In this document: piece by piece, positions 17,801-27,623 of the stretch
How the letters are laid out: each line of letters opens with the position of its first letter
How positions within the stretch are numbered: position 1 is the first letter of the stretch
DNA from: a candidate division FCPU426 bacterium
GTDB taxonomy: Bacteria > Oederibacteriota > Muellerivitia > Muellerivitales > Muellerivitaceae
Assembly: GCA_963719085.1 (NCBI GenBank)
Contig: CAVRAL010000004.1
Location: 1,056,001-1,120,000, forward strand
Reading direction: 5' to 3'
Length of the DNA stretch: 64,000 bases
Notes under the pieces: model-generated
What the model was told of the DNA's origin: nothing
Database searches by the model: none
Seen by the model: only the letters and a program-made list of their open reading frames with translations
Translations under genes and position numbers: made by a program

Positions 17801-20065
17801 ATGCTGAATCCTGAACAAATCCAACTTGCCTCCACCGCCGTGCGGGAATTGCGCGTCGCCCTCTCCAATTTTTTCCTTTATTCCGAAGAAAACGCCATGG
17901 TTCAGCAGTCACTCGACCGGTTTCTGGCCAATCTCAACAAGTTATTCGCGACCATGCCATCCATTTCTTTGGGGGAGTCGGAAGGCCGCTTGGTGGTGGA
18001 AGGCGCGCCCCTGGACGAGCGCTCCACGGGATCCCTGAATATGATCAAAGACCTGTTTCTGGTCCAAAAAATACAGAGCTTGGCTTTTTTAAAAGGGATC
18101 CAGGCCTCCGAGCTTAAAACTTTTTTTGGTCTTTTGAGGCCCAAAACCCTTTCCGCGGGGCAATCCTTGGCGCGGGCTTTGGAGGGAAAAAAATTACCCC
18201 ATCTGAAACTGAATGAGAAGGTCTTTGTGGCCATCAAGGACGGGGAGAAGGTGGTTTCGGGAGCGTCCGCCGCGGCGGAATCCAGCGCCTTGGGTGGCGA
18301 GGAAAATCTGCAGGAAGCCCTAGAGGCGCTTCAATATTTCCTTCAAATTTTCGCCCGGGTCAGGCCCGAGACCAGTAAAAAGGAAGTGGGTCAAAAGCTG
18401 ATGGAGCATTTGGGGGATTGGTTGAAATCGGAGGATCTTTTGAGCCTCCCGGCCACTTCGGGGGCGAGGGCGGTTTCCGGCGCTTCTTCCGCCCACGCCG
18501 TTTCAAACTGGCAAAATATGCTGGAAGGATTCCTCAAACTCAAGAAGACCCTGGCGGGGGTCAAAGAACCCCAGCAAGTTAAAACCGCCCAATTGAGCCT
18601 GGATGATCTTTTGAAAAAGCTTGTCTTTTTGGGGGAGGGCCAGGGATTGGGGGCCGGCGAGGCCGGGGCTTCCATCGCTTCCGGGGCCTCGGAACAGCAG
18701 CCGGTTCTTTTTGAAATGGATCCCGTCTTTGAAAAGCTCCAGTCCGGGCAGTTGGAAGTTTTATCCGACCCTTCCTTGGAAGGGCCTGTGGGGGACGCCT
18801 TGCTCCGCCTGCAGTCTTTACCCCAAGGGGAGGCCTTTCACGCGGTTTGGGACGGGCTTTGGAAAAATATTTTTTCCGGGGATGAAAAAATCCAAAGCCA
18901 AGGGTTGCGGCATTTGAACCGGCTGCAATGGGATCGGATGCCCCGGCCGCTTCAACTGGCGGGATTTCAGAACTTGAGGCACTTTCTCTCCGGCGAACCC
19001 TCCGCTTCCGGCTATTTCGTCGCCTTGTCCCTGGTTCAAAACTGGCTTCCACTGGAACTGAACAAGCCTTCCTGGGAAGAAGTCGCCGCGATGACCCAAG
19101 CCTTGGGCGTCTTGGCTAAACGCAATCCGCCCCTTTTCGAGCGCCAGGATGAGGCGGCTCGGGCGACTCTCTCGTCGATTTTTTATCCTCCGGCGCTGGA
19201 AAGCCTTTATGGGGCTGAAACTTCGGGGGAATCGGAAAAAGGATTGAAGACCCGGCTATTTTCGACCCTCGCCTCGCTTACGGCGCCCTTTCTCATGGAC
19301 AAGGTCCAGCGTCAATCGCCGGATTCGGATGACTGGAAGAAAGCGGTGGACCTTTTAAATCAAATCGAGACGGCGGGAATTCCGGTCTATGAGCGATGGA
19401 TCAGCCGCCATGAAAGCCCGGAAGAATGGGCCGCCTTTTTGGGGATGTTCGAGCGGGTCAATTTCAGTCCGGCTTTAGCCGACTATCTGGAAAAAAATTG
19501 GAACGCCCTGGCGATGGAAAACAGATTAAGCGTAATCACTTTGGTCGGGCGCTGGAAAAGGACGGACTTCCATCCCTTGGTCCTGGAATTGCTGCACGGC
19601 ATCTCGCCCGAACTGGCTTTGGCCGCTTTAAAAATCCTGCCCCGGATCGCGATGGAGGGTGATTCCCGAAGGGTCATCTTGGAGCTTAAAAACTACGCCA
19701 TGGATTCGCCGGCCCGGGAGCCTTTTTGGCTGGAAACCTGCAAAGCGCTGGGCGGCCTGGCCGAACCCTACGCCCTTTCGGATTTAATGGAATGGGCGGG
19801 GAAATATAAATTTTTGGAAAACAAAAAAGAGCGCAGCGCGGCCGTTCGGCTGGCGGCTTTAGAAGCTTTAGGCCAGTTCAAATCCGAGCGGGTCGCCGTC
19901 TTTTTAACCAAGCTTCAGGAAGACGAGCGCGAAATGCGCCCCGCGATTCAAGGGGTTCTGGAAAAGGTCCGGAAAAGAATCCAGGAAGGCGGCGGAACGA
20001 TTGAATCAAACGAATCTTCCGCGAACGCCGCCGTTGAAAACACGGGCCAGGATTTCATCGAATGA
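17801..20065 (+). CDS. Large helical protein with C-terminal HEAT-like repeats
   Basis: Repeats such as ALAALKILPRI, ETCKALGGL, VRLAALEALGQF; no signal peptide. Confidence 0.7.
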   Translation: MLNPEQIQLASTAVRELRVALSNFFLYSEENAMVQQSLDRFLANLNKLFATMPSISLGESEGRLVVEGAPLDERSTGSLNMIKDLFLVQKIQSLAFLKGIQASELKTFFGLLRPKTLSAGQSLARALEGKKLPHLKLNEKVFVAIKDGEKVVSGASAAAESSALGGEENLQEALEALQYFLQIFARVRPETSKKEVGQKLMEHLGDWLKSEDLLSLPATSGARAVSGASSAHAVSNWQNMLEGFLKLKKTLAGVKEPQQVKTAQLSLDDLLKKLVFLGEGQGLGAGEAGASIASGASEQQPVLFEMDPVFEKLQSGQLEVLSDPSLEGPVGDALLRLQSLPQGEAFHAVWDGLWKNIFSGDEKIQSQGLRHLNRLQWDRMPRPLQLAGFQNLRHFLSGEPSASGYFVALSLVQNWLPLELNKPSWEEVAAMTQALGVLAKRNPPLFERQDEAARATLSSIFYPPALESLYGAETSGESEKGLKTRLFSTLASLTAPFLMDKVQRQSPDSDDWKKAVDLLNQIETAGIPVYERWISRHESPEEWAAFLGMFERVNFSPALADYLEKNWNALAMENRLSVITLVGRWKRTDFHPLVLELLHGISPELALAALKILPRIAMEGDSRRVILELKNYAMDSPAREPFWLETCKALGGLAEPYALSDLMEWAGKYKFLENKKERSAAVRLAALEALGQFKSERVAVFLTKLQEDEREMRPAIQGVLEKVRKRIQEGGGTIESNESSANAAVENTGQDFIE

Positions 20066-22350
20066 AAAAAGGCCGATCCCGTCCAGTGGCGGCCGATGTG
20101 TCAATGGGCCGCTCCACTCGGTTTGACCGGCCTTCCCTCGTTTTTTATTTTATCCTCGTCTTGGGCGCCTTGGGCCCGGGATTATTTTTTGAAAAAGCTT
20201 ATTTTGAAGGCGATCTGATTGGTTATTTTATTCCGGTTTGGGATTTCATCCGGCATTCTCTGGCCGGGGGCCACTGGCCTTTATGGTGTCCCTACCTTCT
20301 CGGAGGACAGCCCTTCGCGGCGGATCCCAACTGCATGGTTTTTTATCCTCCGGCCTATCTTTATTTGATTCCCTCGCGGGCGTTAGGGTCGGGGTTTTAT
20401 TATGGATTGCACCTTTTTTTAGCTTTTTTAGGGGCGCATCTTTGGCTCCGCGCCGCGGGGTTTTCGACAAACGTCTGCCGGGTGGGGGCCGTCCTCTACG
20501 GACTATCCGGTTTTTTTTGGTGGGAACTTATTCATCCCCCGGTTTTAACCGGATACGCTTGGCTGCCCTGGTGGGGATTCGCGTTGGAAGAGGTGGCGAG
20601 GACCTCAAAAAGACGTTGGGCTTTCGCCGGCGGAGTCTTCTTGGCGCTTCTGTTTTTATCGGGCCATTTTCAAGTGTTTTTGGGGGCGGTTTACGGCGGG
20701 GCGGTTTATTTTTTATTCAGGGTCCTCGCGCTTTCCCGAGGCCGTTGGCAAAGCGCGGTGGATTGGAAAAAGGTCTTTTTACTGTCGGCGGTTTTGGCCT
20801 GGGGCGCCCTTCCTTTGCTGGTTTTGGCCGTGCCCTTTTTGGAGTTCTCGAACCATTCGGGCCGGGTCCATCAAACTTTCGATTATCTTAACTTCAACGC
20901 GGATCTATCGGACAATCCCCGGATGCTTTTTAAGTTTTTTTTCCCCAGCCCGGCTTTTGGTCAAGCTTTTCAGCCGGATGTTCTTCCCGCGGATATCCTG
21001 GAAAACGCGGGTTACTTGGGCATCTGGTTTCCTTTTTTGTTTTTCTTGGCCTTTCGGAACACCGCTCGGCGTCTCTGGTTTTGGTTTTGGTCCGGATGCG
21101 GAGTTTTAGCTTTATTAATGGCTTTAGGCAAATACACCCCCTTGCACCGGTTCGTTTGTGAAAGGTTATTGGGTTTTGAGTTCGTGCGGGCGCCTTACCG
21201 CTTTGTGTATCTTTATGTTGTCGCGGGCGTCTTTTTGGCGGCCTTGGGTTTGGAATTTTTAGAAACACGCAAACCCCAAGAGCTGAAAAAACTGGGATGG
21301 GGCGTTTTCTTTTACGCGGGGGTCTTGTCCGGAGCGGCGTTTTTCAGATTCCCCCAACAGGCGCCGGCGTTAGTGGGCCTTGGATTGGGGGGAGCAGGTT
21401 TGTGGATCTGGTTTCGAGGCCGCTCTTTGTCGCGCGCGGGCCGGTGGCTATTTGCGGCGGGATTGGCGCTTTCCATGATCCTCGGCGGATGGCGGACTTG
21501 TCCCTCGCGGCTTGGCCCGGAGTCGAACTTTGATTTCGCCAAAAACCGGCCGGAGCTATTGGAACTTAGACAAAGGACCGGGCTGGGCCGTACTTTCATC
21601 GACGGGGACATCGATTATCCCCTGGAGACAGGCGGAAAAATTTTAATTGGAAAACTTCCGCCGGATGCGGCCCTCTCTCTTGGGATTCGGGATGTTCAAG
21701 GTTACAACCCCCTTTCGCTTTGGAAGACTTCCCAGTTGTTTTGGCTGCCGTTTGAAAGCACCGTCCGTCTATTAGCGGTTCAGTCGATCATCAAGGGGAC
21801 CGGAGATTCTTTCACTCGAGCCGGGTTTAAGCAGGCAAAATTAGGATCGGTTTATTTTTGTTTCGCTCCAAAGCCTTATCCCTATGTGTACGCGCCCGAG
21901 CGGTTTGAGGTCGTCCCGTCGGACGAGCGGCGGCTTACCTTGATGGGTCAAAAAGATTTTAATCCCTATCTCTTGAGCTATTTATCGGATGCTCCACCGG
22001 CGGAAGCGCCGGCTGCCGATTTGCCCAAACCGGATGAGTTAACCTATCAGTTGATCCGGGATGACCCGGATGAGCAGGTGTTCCAAGTTCAAAGGAAGCA
22101 AAGCGGTTGGACGGTTTTCAGTGAGGTGGTTTATCCGGGATGGAAGGTTTGGGTGGACGGGAAGCGGACGGCGCTGTTGACGGCCAACCATGTTTTTCGA
22201 ACGGTGTATGTGCCGGCGGGGGAGCATGAAGTAAGGTTCAGTTATGAGCCGGTTTGGTGGACGCCGATCCGCGCGGGGCTTTGTCTTTGGCTTTTGTCGG
22301 TGCTGGCTCTCGTTTGGCGCCCCTGGCGCCAATGGGCTTGGGGAAATTGA
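20062..22350 (+). CDS. YfhO-like GT-C fold membrane glycosyltransferase, copy 1
   Basis: GD motif in the first loop, GHWPLWCPYLLGGQPF, RAPYRF, C-terminal FSEVVYPGWKVWVDGK...VYVPAGEHEVRFSYEP; many TM segments. Confidence 0.85.
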   Translation: MKKGRSRPVAADVSMGRSTRFDRPSLVFYFILVLGALGPGLFFEKAYFEGDLIGYFIPVWDFIRHSLAGGHWPLWCPYLLGGQPFAADPNCMVFYPPAYLYLIPSRALGSGFYYGLHLFLAFLGAHLWLRAAGFSTNVCRVGAVLYGLSGFFWWELIHPPVLTGYAWLPWWGFALEEVARTSKRRWAFAGGVFLALLFLSGHFQVFLGAVYGGAVYFLFRVLALSRGRWQSAVDWKKVFLLSAVLAWGALPLLVLAVPFLEFSNHSGRVHQTFDYLNFNADLSDNPRMLFKFFFPSPAFGQAFQPDVLPADILENAGYLGIWFPFLFFLAFRNTARRLWFWFWSGCGVLALLMALGKYTPLHRFVCERLLGFEFVRAPYRFVYLYVVAGVFLAALGLEFLETRKPQELKKLGWGVFFYAGVLSGAAFFRFPQQAPALVGLGLGGAGLWIWFRGRSLSRAGRWLFAAGLALSMILGGWRTCPSRLGPESNFDFAKNRPELLELRQRTGLGRTFIDGDIDYPLETGGKILIGKLPPDAALSLGIRDVQGYNPLSLWKTSQLFWLPFESTVRLLAVQSIIKGTGDSFTRAGFKQAKLGSVYFCFAPKPYPYVYAPERFEVVPSDERRLTLMGQKDFNPYLLSYLSDAPPAEAPAADLPKPDELTYQLIRDDPDEQVFQVQRKQSGWTVFSEVVYPGWKVWVDGKRTALLTANHVFRTVYVPAGEHEVRFSYEPVWWTPIRAGLCLWLLSVLALVWRPWRQWAWGN

Positions 22351-22365
22351 AAGGGATGAAAACAA
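21879..22365 (+). repeat. Near-identical ~480-bp direct repeat (3' end of the YfhO-like gene), copy 1
   Basis: Starts TCCCTATGTGTACGCGCCCGAG; recurs at +2273 and +4552. Confidence 0.97.
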
Positions 22366-24623
22366 AAGTGACGCCTAAAAAATCCTCATCCTTGCCTTTG
22401 GCGTGGGTCGAAAAGGGCTCTTTGTTTTTTTATTTGGCCATTGTTTTAGGGGCCTTCGCGCCTTGTCTTTTCCGAGGCGAGGCTTATTTTGGCGACGATT
22501 TGCTGTCCACCTTCGGACCTTTACGGGCTTTCTTTAAAAACGCTTTGGAACAAGGGCATTGGCCCCTTTGGTCCCCGACTCTTTTTGGGGGCCAGCCCTT
22601 TTGGGCGCATCCGGACGTCATGGGCTTATATCCTTTCTCGCTTTTTTTGCTTTTTCTGCCGGCGGGTTTGGGCGCGGGAATTTTTTACGCGCTCCATCTT
22701 TTCGCCGCGTTGACAGGCATGCACCTATGGATTAAAAGCCTGGGTCTTTCGGAAAAGGCCGGCCGTGTTGGGGCGTTGATATTCGGCCTTTCGGGTTTTT
22801 TTTGGTGGGAAATTATTCATCCGCCTATTTTAGCGGCTTTCGCGTGGCTGCCGTGGTGGGGTTGGGGTTTGGAATGTTTGGCCCGAACCCTTAAACGGAG
22901 ATGGGCCTTCACTGCCGGGTTATTTTTTTGTCTTATCTTTATCAGCGGAAGTTTTCAAGTGACTTTGGGCGCGCTTTACGCCGGCGGGTTTTATTTTTTA
23001 ATCAGGTTTATGAAGGGGCCCTTAGCCGGCGGGCGGGTGGACTGGAAAAAGATCACGGGCTTGGTCTTGACCCTTCTCTGGGGGTCGTCGCCTTTATGGG
23101 CCCTCTGGATTCCGGCTTCGGAATTTTTAGCGCGCTCCACCCGCGTCGCCCAATCGGTTGATTTTGAGAACTTTAACGCGGATCTTTCCTTGGCGCCGCA
23201 GGGCGTGGTTCAATTTCTTTTCCCAACAGCAGCCTTTAACTCAACCGGAGCGCCGCTTCCTTATCAAGCTCTTCTTGGAAACGCGGGCTTTTTGGGGCTA
23301 TGGGCATTTTTTATGATTGGGTTCGCTTTTCAGGGAAAAGGGAAAGTGGCGGCGAGGTGGGCGGCGGGAGCGGCGGGGATAAGCTTATTGATCGCCTTGG
23401 GTAAAAACTTTCCGCTTTTTCGACTGCTTTGTGAATTCGTGGCCGGTTTTGGCTTTACCCGGGCGCCTTTTCGTTTTTTGTTTCTTTTTGTGGCGGCAGG
23501 CTCGATTTTGGCGGCCTTGGGTTGGTCCCGTTTGGAGGCGCTATCCGGAAAGGATCGAAAAAAATACCGATTTTGGCTTCTGGGCTATGGGCTTCTTTTG
23601 TCCGGGGCGGGATTCGGATTTTTCTCAAGCGAAGCGGGGATGCTTTTGGGTTTTTGGGGGGGCGGGGCCGGTTTGATGTTGTGGTTGTGGGACTCCCGGT
23701 TTTCAAAAAATGGAAGTTGGATTTTCCTGGGAAGTTTCGCCCTTTCCATGATCCTGAGCGGATGGCATACAACCCTCTCCCTGCGGGGGCCAAATTCCAA
23801 TTTTGATTTCCCCAAAAACCGGCCGGAACTATTGGAACTCAAGCAAAAGACCGGATTGGGGCGAGCGTTTATTGGCGATGGCATCCCTTACCCGGTTGAG
23901 TCCCAGGAAAGGGTTTTTAATGTTGCGCTTCCCACGAATGTGGCCTATGCCATCGGGTTGCGTCATGTAAAGGGTTATACCCCGCTGTCCCTCTGGAAAA
24001 CGTCCCAAGTTTTTGAAATGCCCATCCTTACCTTGAGCCGGCTCATGGCCGTCCAATCGATCGCCACGGGAACGAAAAAAGCCTTTTCGCCGCCGGGGTT
24101 CGCCGAGGAACAAGCGGGGCCGGTTTATTTTTATTACGCCCAAAAGCCCTTTCCCTATGTGTACGCGCCCGAGCGGTTTGAGGTCGTCCCGTCGGGCGAG
24201 CGGCGGCTTACCTTGATGGGTCAAAAAGATTTTAATCCCTATCTCTTGAGCTATTTATCGGACGCTCCACCGACGGAAGCGCCGGCTGCCGATTTGCCCA
24301 AACCGGATGAGTTAACCTATCAGTTGACCCGGGATGACCCGGATGAGCAGGTGTTCCAAGTTCAAAGGAAGCAAAGCGGTTGGACGGTTTTCAGTGAGGT
24401 GGTTTATCCGGGATGGAAGGTTTGGGTGGACGGGAAGCGGACGGCGCTGTTGACGGCCAACCATGTTTTTCGAACGGTGTATGTGCCGGCGGGGGAGCAT
24501 GAAGTAAGGTTCAGTTATGAGCCGGTTTGGTGGACGCCGATCCGCGCGGGGCTTTGTCTTTGGCTTTTGTCGGTGCTGGCTCTCGTTTGGCGCCCCTGGC
24601 GCCAATGGGCTTGGGGAAATTGA
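22356..24623 (+). CDS. YfhO-like GT-C fold membrane glycosyltransferase, copy 2
   Basis: Same architecture (GDD, GHWPLWSPTLFGGQPF, RAPFRF, YPGWKVWVDG). Confidence 0.85.
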   Translation: MKTKVTPKKSSSLPLAWVEKGSLFFYLAIVLGAFAPCLFRGEAYFGDDLLSTFGPLRAFFKNALEQGHWPLWSPTLFGGQPFWAHPDVMGLYPFSLFLLFLPAGLGAGIFYALHLFAALTGMHLWIKSLGLSEKAGRVGALIFGLSGFFWWEIIHPPILAAFAWLPWWGWGLECLARTLKRRWAFTAGLFFCLIFISGSFQVTLGALYAGGFYFLIRFMKGPLAGGRVDWKKITGLVLTLLWGSSPLWALWIPASEFLARSTRVAQSVDFENFNADLSLAPQGVVQFLFPTAAFNSTGAPLPYQALLGNAGFLGLWAFFMIGFAFQGKGKVAARWAAGAAGISLLIALGKNFPLFRLLCEFVAGFGFTRAPFRFLFLFVAAGSILAALGWSRLEALSGKDRKKYRFWLLGYGLLLSGAGFGFFSSEAGMLLGFWGGGAGLMLWLWDSRFSKNGSWIFLGSFALSMILSGWHTTLSLRGPNSNFDFPKNRPELLELKQKTGLGRAFIGDGIPYPVESQERVFNVALPTNVAYAIGLRHVKGYTPLSLWKTSQVFEMPILTLSRLMAVQSIATGTKKAFSPPGFAEEQAGPVYFYYAQKPFPYVYAPERFEVVPSGERRLTLMGQKDFNPYLLSYLSDAPPTEAPAADLPKPDELTYQLTRDDPDEQVFQVQRKQSGWTVFSEVVYPGWKVWVDGKRTALLTANHVFRTVYVPAGEHEVRFSYEPVWWTPIRAGLCLWLLSVLALVWRPWRQWAWGN

Positions 24624-24638
24624 AAGGGATGAAAACAA
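24152..24638 (+). repeat. Near-identical direct repeat, copy 2
   Basis: About four substitutions versus copy 1 seen by eye; includes the intergenic AAGGG and the next gene's ATGAAAACAA. Confidence 0.97.
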
Positions 24639-26902
24639 GGATTCAATCCCGTGTATTAGAAGCTCCGTCCTTTTGGAGAATTGACCGAGCGTCCCTGGTT
24701 TTTTATGGGGTTCTAGTGGTGACCGCCTTTTACCCCGGCTTATTTTTGCGCCAAGCTTACTTTGAGGGCGACCTCATCGCCCAATATATCCCCAGTTGGG
24801 ATTTTCTCAAAAACTGCGTTTTTCAGGGCCATTGGCCCTTATGGTGCCCGATGCTTTTCGGCGGACAGCCCTTCGCGGCGGATCCCAACTGCATGGTCTT
24901 TTATCCCCCGGCTTATCTTTATTGGATCCCCCCACGGGCTTTAGGCGCGGGACTTTATGACGGGATGCACCTTCTGCTCGCGTTTCTGGGCGCGCATCTC
25001 TGGGTTCAAAGCGCCGGTTATTCAAACAAAGCCTGCCGATTGGGAGCCGTTCTTTACGGTCTCGCGGGGTTCTTTTGGTGGGAAATGATCCATCCGCCCA
25101 TTTTGACCGAGTACGCGTGGCTTCCTTGGGAAGGATTCTGTTTGGATCGGTTTTCGCGAACCTGGGAGAAGCGCTGGGCTTTCGTGGCGGGATTTTCATT
25201 GGCGCTTCTTTTTTTGTCCGGCAATTTTCAGATTTTTTTGGGGGCCGTCTATGGGGGGGCGGTTTATTTTTTTTTCCGGGTCTGGGAAGAGTCCCGCGGG
25301 CCTCAGATCGAGATCGGCTGGAAAAATTTTTTTTCATTCGGGATGCTGGGGGTTTGGGGGGCGGCGCCTTTACTCGTTTTGGCGGTGCCTTTTTTTGAGC
25401 TCTCAGGTTATTCGGGACGAGTCCACCAAGTTTTCGACTATGTCCATTTCAACGCGGATCTATCGGACAATCCAAGAATGCTTTTTAAATTCCTGTTTCC
25501 TTCCCAGGCTTGGGGGCCGGGCCAGTATTCGTTTTCCTATCTCAGCCTATTGGAAGACGCCGGATATTTAGGTATTTGGTTTCCTTTTTTATTTTTTTTC
25601 GCCTATCAAAATATTCGGCGATCCGCTTGGTTTTGGTCCGTTTTCGGGGCTTCGGGACTTTTACTGGCGATGGGCCAATATACGCCCTTCCATCGTTGGC
25701 TTTGCGAGAGTGGACTTGGTTTTGCGTTCGTGCGGGCGCCTTACCGGTTTGTGCATCTTTATATTGTGGCCGGTGTTTTTTTGGCGGTTTCAGGCTGGGA
25801 ATTTTTGGAAACGCGAAGACCGAAAGAATTGAAATCTATCGGAATCGGAATGCTTTTTTACGCGGCGTTGATGTCGGCGCTGGGGACTCTCTTTTTCCAA
25901 GGAGGCCCTGCCTGCGCGGCGGGCCTTTTGCTGGGAGTGCTGGGGTTTTGGATTTGGTTTCAAGCGGCCTCCCCTCGGCAGTCGGGTTTTGGCCAATGGA
26001 TTTTTGTCGTAGGCCTGGCCCTTTCCATGATCCTCAGCGGATGGCGGACTTGTCCTTCGCGGCTTGGCCCGGAGTCGAATTTTGATTTCGCCAAAAACCG
26101 GCCGGAGCTATTGGAGCTTAAACAAAGGACCGGGTTGGGCCGCACTTTTATTGACGGGGATATTGACTATCCCCTGGAGACAGGCGGAAAAATTTTAATT
26201 GGAAAACTTCCGCCGGACGCGGCTGACTCGCTGGGAATCCGTGACGCGCAAGGGTACAACCCGATCGAGCTTTGGAAGACCGCCCAGGTTTTTGGGCTTC
26301 CATTTCAGAATGTGGCGCGGTTATGGGCGCTCCAATCGATCGCCACGGGAACGAAAAAAGCCTTTTCGCCGCCGGGGTTTGCCGAGGAACAGGCGGGGCC
26401 GGTTTATTTTTATTACGCCCAAAAGCCCTTTCCCTATGTGTACGCGCCCGAGCGGTTTGAGGTCGTCCCGTCGGACGAGCGGCGGCTTACCTTGATGGGT
26501 CAAAAAGATTTTAATCCCTATCTCTTGAGCTATTTATCGGATGCTCCACCGACGGAAGCGCCGGCTGCCGATTTGCCCAAACCGGATGAGTTAACCTATC
26601 AGTTGACCCGGGATGACCCGGATGAGCAGGTGTTCCAAGTTCAAAGGAAGCAAAGCGGTTGGACGGTTTTCAGTGAGGTGGTTTATCCGGGATGGAAGGT
26701 TTGGGTGGACGGGAAGCGGACGGCGCTGTTGACGGCCAACCATGTTTTTCGAACGGTGTATGTGCCGGCGGGGGAGCATGAAGTAAGGTTCAGTTATGAG
26801 CCGGTTTGGTGGACGCCGATCCGCGCGGGGCTTTGTCTTTGGCTTTTGTCGGTGCTGGCCCTCGTTTGGCGGCCCTGGCGCCAATGGGCTTGGGAAAGCT
26901 GA
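24629..26902 (+). CDS. YfhO-like GT-C fold membrane glycosyltransferase, copy 3
   Basis: Same architecture; mosaic of copy-1-like and copy-2-like blocks. Confidence 0.85.
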   Translation: MKTRIQSRVLEAPSFWRIDRASLVFYGVLVVTAFYPGLFLRQAYFEGDLIAQYIPSWDFLKNCVFQGHWPLWCPMLFGGQPFAADPNCMVFYPPAYLYWIPPRALGAGLYDGMHLLLAFLGAHLWVQSAGYSNKACRLGAVLYGLAGFFWWEMIHPPILTEYAWLPWEGFCLDRFSRTWEKRWAFVAGFSLALLFLSGNFQIFLGAVYGGAVYFFFRVWEESRGPQIEIGWKNFFSFGMLGVWGAAPLLVLAVPFFELSGYSGRVHQVFDYVHFNADLSDNPRMLFKFLFPSQAWGPGQYSFSYLSLLEDAGYLGIWFPFLFFFAYQNIRRSAWFWSVFGASGLLLAMGQYTPFHRWLCESGLGFAFVRAPYRFVHLYIVAGVFLAVSGWEFLETRRPKELKSIGIGMLFYAALMSALGTLFFQGGPACAAGLLLGVLGFWIWFQAASPRQSGFGQWIFVVGLALSMILSGWRTCPSRLGPESNFDFAKNRPELLELKQRTGLGRTFIDGDIDYPLETGGKILIGKLPPDAADSLGIRDAQGYNPIELWKTAQVFGLPFQNVARLWALQSIATGTKKAFSPPGFAEEQAGPVYFYYAQKPFPYVYAPERFEVVPSDERRLTLMGQKDFNPYLLSYLSDAPPTEAPAADLPKPDELTYQLTRDDPDEQVFQVQRKQSGWTVFSEVVYPGWKVWVDGKRTALLTANHVFRTVYVPAGEHEVRFSYEPVWWTPIRAGLCLWLLSVLALVWRPWRQWAWES
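26431..26902 (+). repeat. Near-identical direct repeat, copy 3
   Basis: Matches copies 1 and 2 except for a few substitutions, mostly in the last ~45 nt. Confidence 0.97.
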
Positions 26903-27623
26903 GATCGAGCGGGACGGCTTTTTCCAGCCAAGCGCCCTTTAAATCGACCCGGGCACGGTAAGCCCGGACGGTGACTTTGGTTTTCACGATATCCCGTAAA
27001 GTTTTTCCAAAAAGAGGATCGGTATCATCCTTGGGTCCCACGGCTTTTCCATAAGCGTTTTGAAGAATGAAAAAAACAAAACTTTTGGTGTGGGGTCTTC
27101 GGCTTAAAGATTTTAATTCCCTCAAATGTTTGGAGGCGCGCTCGGAAGGCGCGTCCGGAAAACGTCCCACGCCTTTGGAGTCCACCAGCGTCACGCATTT
27201 CACCTCGATCCAGGCTTTGGCATTCGAACCAGGATTTGAGGCTTGGAAGTCAAAACGGGTATGGGCGCTCAAGGGGACTTCGGCTTTTAAAAACCGGTAA
27301 TCCGTCAACTCAGGGATTTTTTTGAGCTTCCAAGCTTCGGCCAAGAGTTTGGGCGCCAGATTGGCCTCGATGCAGACCCACTTTTCTCGGTAAAAAGCCA
27401 AGCGGATGGAATAGCGGGTTTTGCGCGGCGCGCCGGACTTGAGCGGATCACCCCGATGATCCACCAACGCGACCTTCGCGCCCGGGGCCAGCAGCTCCTT
27501 CAGCCTGCCGGAATTGGTGACGTGGCAATATTCCAGCCGGCCGCCGACCCTCACCGTGGCTCCAAAACGATGGAGTCTTTCCCGAAAAATCCCTAAAACC
27601 AATCCGCCTTCAGGCCAATTCAA
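26790..27623 (-). CDS. sfsA: Sugar fermentation stimulation protein A (PD-(D/E)XK nuclease family)
   Basis: CHVTNSGRLKELL, EVPL...RFDF, WIEVKCVTL, FPDAPSERASKHLREL. The C-terminal tail overlaps the convergent YfhO-like gene. Confidence 0.92.
   Translation of the reverse strand: MNWPEGGLVLGIFRERLHRFGATVRVGGRLEYCHVTNSGRLKELLAPGAKVALVDHRGDPLKSGAPRKTRYSIRLAFYREKWVCIEANLAPKLLAEAWKLKKIPELTDYRFLKAEVPLSAHTRFDFQASNPGSNAKAWIEVKCVTLVDSKGVGRFPDAPSERASKHLRELKSLSRRPHTKSFVFFILQNAYGKAVGPKDDTDPLFGKTLRDIVKTKVTVRAYRARVDLKGAWLEKAVPLDLSFPKPIGARAAKRGPAPTKAKDKAPRGSASTKPAHN

Noticed and set aside
22254..22355. Identical N-terminal extensions (MVDADPRG...) on the second and third GT-C ORFs
   Set aside because: ORF-caller extension into the repeated 3' end of the upstream gene; the likelier starts are ATG 22356 and 24629.
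21879..26902. YfhO repeats as DGR template/variable repeats, or as an invertase shufflon
   Set aside because: The few differences do not show a one-template, adenine-only pattern, all three copies are coding and direct, and no reverse transcriptase or recombinase gene is present.
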